DNA of 64,000 nucleotides from Marsupella aquatica (Eukaryota > Plantae > Marchantiophyta): assembly GCA_973895155.1 (NCBI GenBank), contig OZ316896.1, positions 20,588,052 through 20,652,051 of the forward strand, written 5' to 3'. The notes beneath the pieces were generated by a model that was not told the DNA's origin, made no database searches, and saw only the letters and a program-made list of their open reading frames with translations. A program made the translations under genes and the position numbers. Shown here in pieces: positions 49,807 to 61,210 of this stretch; within the stretch, counting starts at the first letter, position 1, and each line of letters starts with the position of its first letter.

Positions 49807-52800
49807 ATGAGGTCTTCGCTATACGCAATGAAGGAAGGAGAATTGGCCAATTCTTTGGCCAAGTTTCTCAAAATGGATACATACAGACAGAAGATTGTCG
49901 ACAATTGCATAGATGGGTCTGTATTTCAATGCTCAGAAGACGAGGTTGATGCTCTTCTCAAGGAGTCTGGGTTCACCATCCCTGGTCATCGAATGAGAAT
50001 CAGAAAATGGGTCGAAGAGTGCAAACGCAAGGGATCTGTGGTTGATCAACTTGAGTTCAGCATGCCTGCTCCAGTGCGGCCAACCTTGGGAGAGGGATCA
50101 GTCAAACATGACTCCCCAACATTGCTACGAAAGAGTGGAACAGTAGGAGAGGTTGGAAAGGGTAAACAATTCTCCATGCAGACTTCAACATCAATGCAAA
50201 CCTCAACATCGATGCACACTTCAGTTGAATTTGAGTCTCACAAAACAATGCAGCACAAGGTATGTACGTACAACACAGTTTAATTGAGATTGTTTAGTAT
50301 ATTTTACTGGTAATGTCTACGCACTTGGAGTGTTTGGCACATCTACTGTACGTTAGACCTGGGGCTCATCCCCTATTGTACCCATGCTCTTCTCCAACGA
50401 CAAGCCTGCATGTTCCATGTTGTCTGATGTATTAATCTAGAATGAAGGTGTTAATTTCGATCCTAACGTATTCCCTTATGTCTCGATCAGAGGGAGCAAT
50501 TGAGATTTCCAACTTACGAGGAGATATTCAAGCAGAAGAAAACTGGTCGTAAATTACTCCAAGCCTGGCCTCATGCCTGCTTAGCGCATAATGAGAACTT
50601 GAGGACGATTCGGAAGTGGTTTTCTGAACCTGAACAGAGGCACTTTATGGAGCATGATTTCAAACAAAATGCAAGTCTTCGGACAGAATGCCTTGATTTT
50701 GCAAGGTCAAGAATGGATGACCTCCGGCCATTGGTATTTGTGGATGATGTAGAGGGAACTGTGGCTTCAATGCGTTGGAAGCTTGAAGATGTCTACGAGG
50801 CCATCATCAATCGCAAACATGAATTCACCAAGGGTGAAAAGAGGAAATTGGCAAAACTGGGTAAGCTGAGTGGTCCATTGTTTCTCAATATTGATGTCGG
50901 ATGATTTAATTTTTTGGGGCTCAGAAGTGACGGAGTAGGGTGGTCCAGTGTTTCTCAATTTTGATGTCGGATGATTTTGTTGGGCTCAGAAGTGATGGAG
51001 TAGGCAAAGATGTTAAATGGGTCAGACATGCTTTATCTGAGATTGAACTTGCAAGACGTACATTGATTCAGAATCTTAGTTACCATATTAATCTATTGAA
51101 TATATTCGGTTTTGTCAGGTGAAGAAGACGCTCCGCCTACCAAGGCACGTACACCTCAACCCGAACCCCAGGTGATTCTTACCCAAGATGACAAGGACTT
51201 GCTAGAATTCAATAGCAGGCCAGAGTATGAGATGCTTCTTTATGCCACTCCTACTCAGCTGACAGCCTTAGACATCCACAAAAGGCAAAAGGGAAAGGAT
51301 TGCAAAAGAGATGACGCAGACTTATTTGGGAAGGGGAAGGTTCTGGCAATCGCCAAACAAAATCCATATAAAGTGTACCAGATCAAGATTACCCACCTCT
51401 GTCCTGAGACATCGTCTAGGTTGGCTGAATACTACATTCCGTGTGGCCCACACAGCGCAGACTTTGACACCCAATTGTGCATGCTAGACCTGGTAAACTC
51501 TCTATTTCTTTAATAAGCTCTTGCATGACGTTTGTATATTGTGGACAAATCACATTACTTCCAATTCAAGACTTTGTCGGCATAGCTCAATCATCCATAC
51601 ATGTACTTACAGACTTAATTAGCTTTCTTATTGTGCAGGGTACTAAGATTCAAATAGCACAACCCTATACTGCGCTAACTCCACAACCACCAGCTGACAT
51701 CACTTCAGATTTAGTGAATCAAAGTACTGAAGTTTTGGATTCCACATCTTGTGATCAGGACAAATCTGACAATGTGACCATGGAGCACCAATTTCCTGCA
51801 GTTCAGCGAAGATTGAGTAAGGGCAGATCTAGTCTGGGTTCTAATGGGACTTCAGATTCGATCCACAACTTGGATGAATTTGGTAAAAAAATTGTGCAGA
51901 TTACTCCTACACGTGACTCATCCAGGTTGTCCAAGTCAAGGAGAACAGTGGATAACTCAGACTCACCCTCCCCTTTGACAGAGGTATATATAGGCATAGT
52001 TATCAAGGGAATCTCAAGCTACGTATTTTCTTTTACTGTACTACTTCTTTTTGTTGTTAGCTTACCCTATATTAATATATGTTTGTACTTGTTTTGCAGG
52101 TGACTGTCAAGTTGGAAAGTAGCCCAATTGACAAATCTGACAATGTGACCATGGAGCACCAGGTTGAATTTCCTGCAATTCAGCAAAGATTGAGTAAGGG
52201 CAGATATAGTCTGGGTTCTAATGGGACTTCAGATTCGATCCACAACTTGGATGAAGTGGGTAAAATTTTTGTGCAGATTACTCCTACACGTGACTCATCC
52301 AGGTTGTCCAAGTCAAGGAGAACAGTGGATAACTCAGACTCACCCTCCCCTTTGACAGAGGTATGTATAGGCATAGTTATCAAGGGAATCTCAAGCTACA
52401 TATTTTCTTCTACTGTAATACTTTTTTTTGTTATCTTACCCTGTATTAATATATGTTTGTACTTGTTTTGCAGGTGACTGTCAAGTTGGAAAGTAGCCCA
52501 ATTGAATTGCATAGAAAGAAGCCATCACCCAACTTGGCTTACGGACGCAGGATTAGTGGTCAAAAGAAATCACAATCGAAAGCCACATTGTCTAGGTGTC
52601 TTGCTGATTCTCAGTCAGAAAGAGAAATGGAGACAGAAGTGACAAATGAGAAATCCTTTGAGGAGCTCATGTCAAGCCCCTTGTCAAGGCCAACCAAGTT
52701 TCAGGCTAGCTTCAGTAACAAAGAGAACATTTTGGCAAGTTTACCCAAACCAAGGGGGCCATGTCCTGGAGAGGACAATGGTGTGAAGATGAGAAGTTTA

Positions 52801-53688
52801 AAAGACATCACTAACTCCAAACCGTTGTCTGTCACAGCAGTCACAACACCGCTACTTGCTTTCCAGGTTTGTAATTCACATGATTATAAAACTCTGACTA
52901 GGTCCATGTAATCCATGGACCTACCCATGGACTATGATTATAACAATAATAGAGTTCTGGAATTCTCAGGCTTGTCAGTGTGGTGTGTGGGCCTGCTGGG
53001 TGGTGCCTCCTAGTGGTCCTGGATTTCCCTTACCTCTATTCTGTCATTTTTGTTGCAGACATTGAGTGGCAGCCCAATTCACCCTCCCGGCACTTCCAGG
53101 TTATTTATATTCTATCATTTTCTGTGGCCATTCTCTTTTGCAGGCGTTGAGTGGCAGCCCGGTTCACAAAGTTCCACGTTCAAAATCTACAGCACCTGTT
53201 CTGAACTGCAAGACAAAGGTAATCATTTAGTCTAGATACTTTAGCCCTTATTTATTTGTGCATTAGAGTATTTTTTTTAATTTGAGGTATGAAAAGATAC
53301 TGAAATCCTCATGCTATTAAATTTTGTTTGGTGTGCATGCGCGCAGGAATACACACAGTACACTACAAGCCCTATTACAAGCTCAAAAACAAATTGGAAT
53401 CCGTTAACCTATCAAGCCCAAGTCAATGTCTGTATATTGGTCATGAATGTCAAAAACCGTAATGAGGTGGAGACCAAGATAACAGATTGGATTGGTACTA
53501 AAAATGCTAAATGTAGAGTGGGCAAAAAATTATTTGCTGGACACTTGAAGTATGGCGTGGTTGAAAAAATAGAAATGGTGACCAATTGGGCGCTTGATGC
53601 TGGAATAGTGGAGATAGTAGATGCTCCACCTATGGTAAAGGGTAGGCTAGATTTAACCATGGATAATCTAAGGCTTGGTGAGGATTAA
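49807..53688 (+). CDS. Multi-exon accessory gene of the inner element with an N-terminal SAM-like domain
   Basis: LAKFLKMDTYRQKIVDNCIDGSVFQCSEDEVDALLKESGFTIPGHRMRIRKW fits the SAM consensus (Y..F..N.IDG...L...G....GHR..I). Approximate exons: 49807-50259, 50491-50860, 51119-51491, 51639-51983, 52101-52360, 52474-52866, possibly 53144-53218, and 53348-53688. Not every junction was phase-checked. Confidence 0.65.
51760..52505 (+). repeat. ~374-bp exon-plus-intron tandem duplication within the SAM gene
   Basis: The segment DKSDNVTMEHQ...SPSPLTE|intron|VTVKLESSPI occurs twice with high identity. Confidence 0.9.
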
Positions 53689-55418
53689 TATGATATATAT
53701 ATATATGTCATGTTTGACTTCAGCAACAGAATCCTAATATATAGAGATCTAGGGTTCACTAGTAGTTGACTAGTAGTCAATAATATATAATGGCCAACAT
53801 ATATGTTAACTGTAAAAGATACCTATGCAATTAGGTGGATACAAATGTAGTAGACTTTTACCAATTGTACATTGATACAATTATTGTAATTCAATGGAGG
53901 CTGGTGCTACTACCTCTAGCTCCTGCTATTTCCTATATAGTATTATATTTGTCAGTGAATTGAAATACCAGCATGAGTACTTTGTCTTATGCTCAAAAGG
54001 TTGAATTGGTTTGCTTTGTCTACTAAAAGAATAATGTTTGCTTAAATAAATATTTTAAATTATAAAAATTGGACAACTGAGATGAAAAGAGATCGAGCCT
54101 TCTTATTAAGGTTGGCAAAACAAGAAACACTTCTCATTATAATATTCAGGTATATACGTTGACAAAGAAAACGTTTACTGTACTAGGAATATTGAATTCT
54201 CCAAATAGGCTGATGTAAATCAAGGAATATACAAAATACCCAAATCATTTTGCAAAAGTAGGATTTTACAATACGCCAAAGTAGGATTTTACAACATGCC
54301 TATGATTTATCTTCAAGGACTTTGTCCCACATGTGAAATCTGGGTATATTGAAGTTTCCTATGCCGTCCAAACAGCCAACATAACATCCCGGGGAATGTT
54401 TCATAAACCCATTTAAGGTCAGTTTCCCCACTTCTTTGTCAAAAATATGGGGGAAATGGGTTTACATCTAGGATATTAGCCAAGGTGGGGGTAAGACAGA
54501 AACTCCTTGTGCAACTTGTTAGTTTCTTAAAAAAAATAAAAAATCATGTGCTAAGCCATATTCTTGAAACAAAAACTTGTCAAACTTGTACTAACTTACT
54601 CTTTTCGGTCTCCGAGACAGCTTTGTCCCGAATTGATTTGAACTCCTCGCAATCCGCGCAAGCACTGAATCGATTGACTGGAGGAATCTTCACATGACCA
54701 AATTCTTGAACCCAAACTTTCAAGAATTGTCGATAGGATATTTTTGATGATTCATCAATCTTGGCATAGTTAGAGTCGTAGATCTTCCATACCTCCAGCT
54801 TTGAATAATTATCCGGTAAATGTGAAACTTCTTTATTTGGCAATGTTTCCACGCGTGTCTCAAAAAACGACCTAAGCCAACTGACCAAGACTAATCTTTT
54901 AACAGATGGAGGGCGTCCAACTGGTTTAGAATATCCTAAGTCTTGGTTGTCTAATTTCAAAATTCTATTTATTATTCTATGATTGCCAACGCAAAATATA
55001 AGCTTGAAAGCTTTCCGACAAATACTCTTTTGACCAAACGTGTAAGATATAGTCTGCCTCCCTCCTTCATTTTCGTCTCGCTTTATAAGCCACTTCAAAG
55101 ATAAAGATCGATCCTGAGATTTCTGCCTCAAAAATTTAGAACGCGCCTCACGAATTTCTTTTGGAGATAGACTTAGGAGACAATGACTCTGACAACAGTA
55201 CTTACTATTTGTTTTCTTGATATCCTCCTCTTTCAACTTTGTTTCACACAAAGTGGCGTTGCTCGTACGTTTGTAACGACTAGATGCCACCGGAACATCA
55301 TCATCCTCCCCACTCTCCGAAGACTCGGTATCATTTGATGATGAAATGGTCACCAACATTTGCTTCTGAACATGCCGAGATTCCAGACCTGCAGCCTTCA
55401 GAGATGGAGGCTCTTCCT

Positions 55419-55711
55419 CTTGGGGGTTTCACTTCCACAAAAATGGCATATCACGTGCGACGAAGGATAGGGTCATTTTATTGGTTGTAAGGGAAGACTT
55501 AAGAATTTTTGTAGAAGAACAGTAGGGTCTTTTAAATTCAATTTTGAGACTTATAAGAACATTAGGGCCTTTTTAATCCAATTTTTGGAATATTCCAAAA
55601 TATTCCAACTTTATAGGGGTTAAAAAATTAAAAAAAATCTTACATTTTAGGGGGTCCAAGGCCTAAAAACGTCGCAGGTTGGGGAGGTCCCCATGTAGTG
55701 AGACCCCCGAG
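55419..55711. mobile_element. MITE (CTCGGGGG family, 2-bp TSD) interrupting outer transposase exon 1
   Basis: CTTGGGGGTTTCAC...GTGAGACCCCCGAG with TSD CT. Removing it plus one TSD copy joins ORFs 55640-56332 and 54580-55359 in frame (HRVKEE-EEPPSLKAAGLESRHVQKQMLVT). Confidence 0.92.
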
Positions 55712-57013
55712 CTCTTCCTTCACTCTATGCAACCTTGGAATACCTAGGCGTATTTCAGAAATCCCTCCATTACCGTGTAGGGACCCTTTCAATATTTTCC
55801 TAGGGTCCCTCTCCACCAGGTTGGTTTCCCTGTTTGAGTTTCCGTGACTTGATCCGCTCCTTGCCCCAACACCATGACTCGTAGGTAAAACTGAGGAACG
55901 CACATTAGAATTCCTTTCTGGAATACTTTTCAATAACACTGGTCGCCTAGTTTCTTCCCTCATCCCCCTGTGAAATGTTTCCGACGTTGGCTTACCAAAG
56001 GTTTTAATTTTTGGCATTTGCTTCAGCCGCTGAACACTTTGGAGACTGCAAAAATCTCCGTCATTTTCCCCACTTAGTGCCTTCTTCGTCTTTCCAAATC
56101 CAGTCTTCATGAATTCATGAGACCGTTTCCCAGACATCCAAATAGGCATTGAACCTTCCAGATTACTCCCCAATTTGTCCTTTGTTGGTGACAAAGGAGA
56201 TACAACTTGACATCCAGGGGGACCAATACTCTCCAAGGAGTCAGAGGAGCTCCCTGACCTCTCCTTACCACCGACCAATGATTTCTTCCCACTAATTGCA
56301 AGTCGTAAAGGACTACTTTTTAACTTGCTCATAGGGGTGGGGGTGGCATATCTAAAACAGTAGTTATTCCAGGGATATCTGGGCCAACCACTGTGCAGGG
56401 GCCATCCGGCAATGAAACATCATCAGAAACTCCATCTGAATAATCATCTGATTCGTAACATGCCGCCATTGGAAAAACTAGTGCAAATTGACAAGAAACT
56501 CAAAAAATCAGTAAAATCTAACAAATCTTCTCAAAATAATGACCAAGAGTCATGAATAAACGAGCCTATTTATAGTTTTTCACGGACTGTGGGGACTTTT
56601 TAACTTCAAAAATATCAAATATTCATGAAATTTACAAGCTTTTTCCCGTAAATACCCTGAAATATTCATGAATAATTGGCCCAAAAACATTGATTTATCA
56701 TGATTTGGGGTTAATTTTACTAAGTCACGCCTGATCCGTGATTAGTATGTATAACCAAGGAACACGGGGCAGCCCATTCATTTTCACTCGATGTCATTTG
56801 GATTTCCTTTGTAAAAGAGTGAAAAACAATCTCGCTGTCCAATTTCGTGCCATTTTCAGCACTCATCGGCGACGTGTCGCGAGTTGTCGTGGTCGCGCTT
56901 CATTTCGACCCTGTTTTAGGTAGTAATTTAGGCCTTGGGTGATTTCTTCACGTCACCCTCCCTCCGAACCCCATTTTGAATACCCTTCTGCATCACCGAG
57001 GTGTACAAGCAAA

Positions 57014-57084
57014 GAGAGAGGAGACTCCCTTCATGAATTCATGAAGGTCGGTGCGAGAGGGAGACTCCCTTCATGAATTCATGA
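57014..57084 (+). repeat. Direct repeat with a palindromic core between the divergent genes of the outer element
   Basis: GAGAGxGGAGACTCCCTTCATGAATTCATGA occurs twice; TCATGAATTCATGA is a perfect palindrome. Confidence 0.7.
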
Positions 57085-57249
57085 TAGGAGTCCTGGGGTG
57101 GTCGAGAGCGTTGTTAGATCCATAAGGACACGGCTTTAGTAGCCATTTGTTGGCACATTCTTTGGTTCTGTGGCACTTTGTCTCATAGGTTGGGGTTGAA
57201 GTGGACTGATTTTGTGGTATGTTCTCAGGTTTGAAGATCAGGCGAAAAC

Positions 57250-60200
57250 ATGACAATGTCGCAGGAAGAGCTGGTGGATGACATCTTTTCGAGCCATCCT
57301 TTGACGGACTTCCACAACTCATCCTGGACAATTTCCTTAGGGACGGAAATGTGGAAGAAGCCCTTCCTAATGCTGTGTGTATTTGAGGGGCTTCCATTGG
57401 GGGCATTAGGGTTGGTAAATTACGGCCGCATTGATGTATTTTGACGGGGCGACGAAGTTGTGAACATGTTGATCACAACGAAGGAAACATCGACTGTGAT
57501 TGTCGTGGATGTGGAGAGGTTTTTCGGAACGGCTGCCACCTGCTATCTCGATGAGGACATCGATAGCATCATTGAGACTGTCAAGTCTCTTTCGAGTGAG
57601 GAACATTACCACGACGTCGCGGGAAAGATTTCCGGTTTTGTGTTCGAATTTCACGCTAGCACTTTAAAGAGTGCAATCCAAAAATCGAGAGAGATTCTCT
57701 GGTCCAAAAGGTCGGCAGAGAAGGGGGTAAGTCGTCCACCCAAATTTGGGGCTTCCGGTGTTCCTCCTGGATCCAGGCCTAGCATTTTACCCGATGATAT
57801 TTTGACCGTGGTAGCGCCTACAACCTCCCGGGAAGCAGCAGCATCTGGAGGGGGATCTCAAGTTGGCAGATCATCCCAGGGAACGGCTTTGATTGGTGGG
57901 TCGGCACAAGGTACAACTGGAACTCGCACTTCTTCAAAGAAGCGACCTGCTATGACTCCTGAGCCTACTGAGCCCAGTGTTCCAAAGTCAAAAAAGAAGA
58001 CTTTGGAGTAAATTCCAACGCATTTGAAGAAAAAGGCTCAATCAATGTCAATGGATGCACGGGTATTGTACCAGGAGGAGATTCTAGGAAGATGTGGTGT
58101 TCAAGAGGAGACCGTGACCGTTGACATTGGTCAACTTTACCCTCCAGTGAGATAGAAGGCTGTGGGCTTGCCCATTTACCAGGTCCGACACATCCAACCA
58201 TATTTCTTGACCCAATTGACCTTGTGGATGAAGACTGTAGGTGCCAGTCCACTTGCAGCTCCGTTTGTCCTCTTGGTGGATCCAAAGGAGTGTGCTACTA
58301 GGCAAGACTTTGATTTTTCAAGGAAAGTTGATTACCATTATTATGTGATTGGGGGCAACCATTCAGCCTGTGCCAAAGCAGACCTTGCTCTTCAGTTCCC
58401 TAACAACAAGGCATTTTGGAGAGTGCAATCTTGGATATTTGCAGGATTGAGTGTGCAAGAGGCAAGAAACCTGGCGTGGAGTCACAATATTGATTCTGAA
58501 TTTCGACAACAGATGACGACAATCCAGAGAGTAAATTATATTCACATGAGATTTGTGGAGAATGGATTGTCGTCCAACCAGGATTTCAAGAAAGAGTGTG
58601 CTACTGAAATCAATCTCAAGGATTGGGGTGTACGAAAGGATGCTGAGGTTCTTAATGCCAATGATAACCTATTTCAGTTGGCATTCCGACAAGATCCTGT
58701 GTGGTCATTTGTGAGGCAGATTTGTGACAAGTGGGAGATGTGTGAGATCAAAGGTCAAAAAGGAGACAAGGGCAAGAAGAAAGTCTCTAAGTCTGGAGAT
58801 GCCAAATTGCCTTATGAGGACATGAAATTAACAGAGTGGAGACACATGCAGGCCTTGAAAGATCCTGATATGATTTGCCCAGTGTTACAGAGAGTTCTTA
58901 CTAAAGAACTCTCTTTACAGGAAATGGGTCACGAATTTACTCGACACAAATTTCAGATGCAGCCTGTGCAGAAGGCCTTCCTCACGTGTCTACACGAGGA
59001 GAGTTGGTCAGGTTGTAAAACCAAGTACCCTGAGCATTGCACAGACAATGTGCTTAAGAATTTTGTACGTGTTTTCCATACATGGGTAAGATTCTATCAC
59101 CTTTCTCCGAATGATTGTTTGAATTCATTTAATATTTGGAATCCTTGTTTCTAATTGTAAGGTTCCCTTTTGTAGAAAGATACCACCTCCCGGAAAAAGA
59201 AGGGAGATGAGAAAGGCAAAGATCTCAAGTCATTCCCGGACAAATTCAATGCGCATATTGTGCAAGCACAAAATTGGCTATCCATGAAGACTTCTAGTCG
59301 GCAAACCCAAGAGGGGGAACTTCATCCAAATTCGTTTGAGCATCCAGAGTTTGGTGATGTGCACTTTGATATTTTTACTCATGATGCTCAGCGATTACAC
59401 AAGGTGGTTCCGGGTCGGGCTTACACATTAGCTTTAGTGGATATTCCCTACGGGTTTGCATTGCCTGGATGTCTTCATGAGGACACTATTGGATGGGGAA
59501 CTGAGGAGATCACAAAAATGGTCCAAACGTTCAAGGTGGCTACTACTGCAAAGTTGTGGCGTATTATCATTCACCACAGCCTTGACCAATATGAGGCCAT
59601 CAAGACCGTTTTGAAAGCGGAGTGTAATGGAGGGTTCCAGAATTGTGTGTGGTAAGAAATACTTGTTTTTGAAAAAAACAACAATGAGTTATTCATGATT
59701 TCATGAACCATGTTTCTAAGTTTAAATGACTCCTTGACTTTTTGTGACTTTTCAGGGTTAAGAATAATGTGAAGAATGTTGGTGGGCCAAGATTGAACAG
59801 CAACTTTGAGTGCTTTACAATTGGCTTTCACAGCCAGGATGGTAAACAGTCATTGGAGCACTTCAATTTTGACACAAATGAATCAAGGAACTATGTGGTT
59901 GTATGCGCAGCTGTGACTAAGAAGCTGAAACACAACGGGGATAACAAGGCAGTGAATGTCTATCAGAAACCACGTGCATTGTTAGATTGGGAAGTGAGTC
60001 ATTTTAGTCAGGTTGGAGACTGGGTTTTGGATATTTGTTCAGGATCAGGGACTGGGACAACCTCCTCCTTGGCCATGGGGAGACATTGCGTTGCCATTGA
60101 GATTGACGAGCGACAGAGCAGTGTGTTTAAAGGGAGGATTCTTAACCTTGCAGATAACATTGAAGAGGAAGACAGACAGGGGGAGACGGATGAGGAGAGT

Positions 60201-60317
60201 GAGGAAGACATTCCTCAGGCCGGAGAGGATAGCGTGGTTAACGATGCCACAATTGTTCCAGAATTGACAGCAGGGACTTCTGGAACCGAGGAAGGGGAAG
60301 CGGTCCCTTTGGATTAG
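57250..60317 (+). pseudogene. ParB-like domain fused to a beta-class N6-adenine/N4-cytosine DNA methyltransferase; three exons, three in-frame stops
   Basis: Exons 57250-59085, 59176-59651 and 59756-60317 splice in frame (~958 codons). ParB/Srx-like segment: VTVDIGQLYPP..YQVR..APFVLLV..YYVIGGNHSACA..EARNLAWSHN. MTase motifs: motif IV ALVDIPYG, WVK...FE, QKPRALL, and motif I GDWVLDICSGSGT..AMGRHCVAIEID. Stops at 57442-57444, 58009-58011 and 58153-58155. Confidence 0.85.
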
Positions 60318-60866
60318 ACTAGGTAAATAGAGGGACTCGTAGCATTTGAAACCACTTGGGCTTAAGTTGGGTTATATTTTGTAAAACTTTGAGTTTGACT
60401 TAAACTCTGATCAATGAGTTTGATTTTGACTACTTTTATAAAGTGCATATTTCAAGGTTTATACAATTGTGAGAATATCATATAAGATATGCTTAGATTT
60501 TGGTGGTAAAATTCTCTTGAGTCTAGTTTGGAAAATACATACCATTTTTTGGTGGTTTTTTGGTACACATTTTTGAATATCATGAAGATTTTGAAAAGAG
60601 AAATAAGGCTTTGGACTCATCCCTTAAGGCTTCTTGTTGTTAGCAGAACCCAAGAAGTATATTTATATATTTTTTCATCATCTTTGACTCCTATGACATT
60701 TTTTCTCACATGGACATCCGTCTCTCTCTTTCACTTCTTTTTCTCATCTGGGTACCTTTTTTTTGCTTGACATTTTTTCCTCACCTTGAAACCTTCTTCT
60801 CTCCTCGACATCTTTAATTTGTTCACTTGAACATATTTTCTTTCCTTGACATTTTTTTCTCTCCTC

Positions 60867-61210
60867 TGTTGAGCATAGACGACATTCGTAACGGCAAGCC
60901 CATGAACCATCCAACGCACAAGAGTCGACACAGAGAGATACATGGTTCACCTCCACATGAGGCTACATCCACGGGAACACACAAGAGCTTTACTGCACTC
61001 TAGGCCGACCGGCCATACCAAGCATCCACAGCACAAGCTCTCCCTATCTCTCAACTAGCTCCGTAACAATGAGCCTAAGTTCCACCAGGGTCTGGCATCA
61101 GCCCTGGCTATATGCACAACAGCACTACTGCTAACATTAGCTAAGTCCTAACCCGAGTTAGACTAACTGTGGTTAGCTCATGAGTCACAAGACTAGAGCA
61201 ATATCTAACA
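60867..61210 (+). mobile_element. Solo LTR, family A
   Basis: TGTT...AACA termini and TSD TCCTC/TCCTA (one mismatch). Similar to 44243-44603. Confidence 0.88.

Larger units (their letters stand above)
34742..54490. mobile_element. Inner ~19.7-kb CACTA/EnSpm-like (CMC) element nested in the outer transposase intron
   Basis: Lies between the splice donor and acceptor of the outer transposase and encodes a Tnp2-like transposase. Candidate termini GCTCACCTAGG...CCAAGGTGGGG (8 of 11 matching) with a possible 2-bp TSD GT. Boundaries are approximate. Confidence 0.65.
32982..56469 (-). pseudogene. Sola-like/DUF7869-type DDE transposase, two exons split by a ~19.9-kb intron
   Basis: Exon 1 (~56469-54600) has Cys motifs CCQSHC, ICRKAF and FSACADC. 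It splices in phase 1 (GT at 54599, AG at 34714-34713) to exon 2 (34712-32982), which has IDGMDQKKT, LYLQLDNTSRENKN and FLLVGHTHDQIDQMFS. Disrupted by frameshifts near 56335, 34100 and 33720, a stop at 33105-33107, and a MITE at 55419-55711. The superfamily assignment is from remembered motifs. Confidence 0.8.
32416..60651. mobile_element. Outer DNA transposon (Sola-like/DUF7869-type transposase plus ParB-methyltransferase cargo gene), ~8 kb without nested inserts
   Basis: Left end GGGTTAAACAAGAAGCCTTAAATGATGAGTAACAAGCC matches the reverse complement of the right end (GGGTTCTGCTAACAACAAGAAGCCTTAAGGGATGAGTCCAAAGCC). The ends bracket two divergent genes. No TSD was found, so the exact termini are tentative. 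Confidence 0.7.

Noticed and set aside
57250-60317. Bacterial or phage contamination, or a restriction-modification operon
   Set aside because: The gene has in-frame spliceosomal introns, is flanked by plant TEs, and has no cognate endonuclease.
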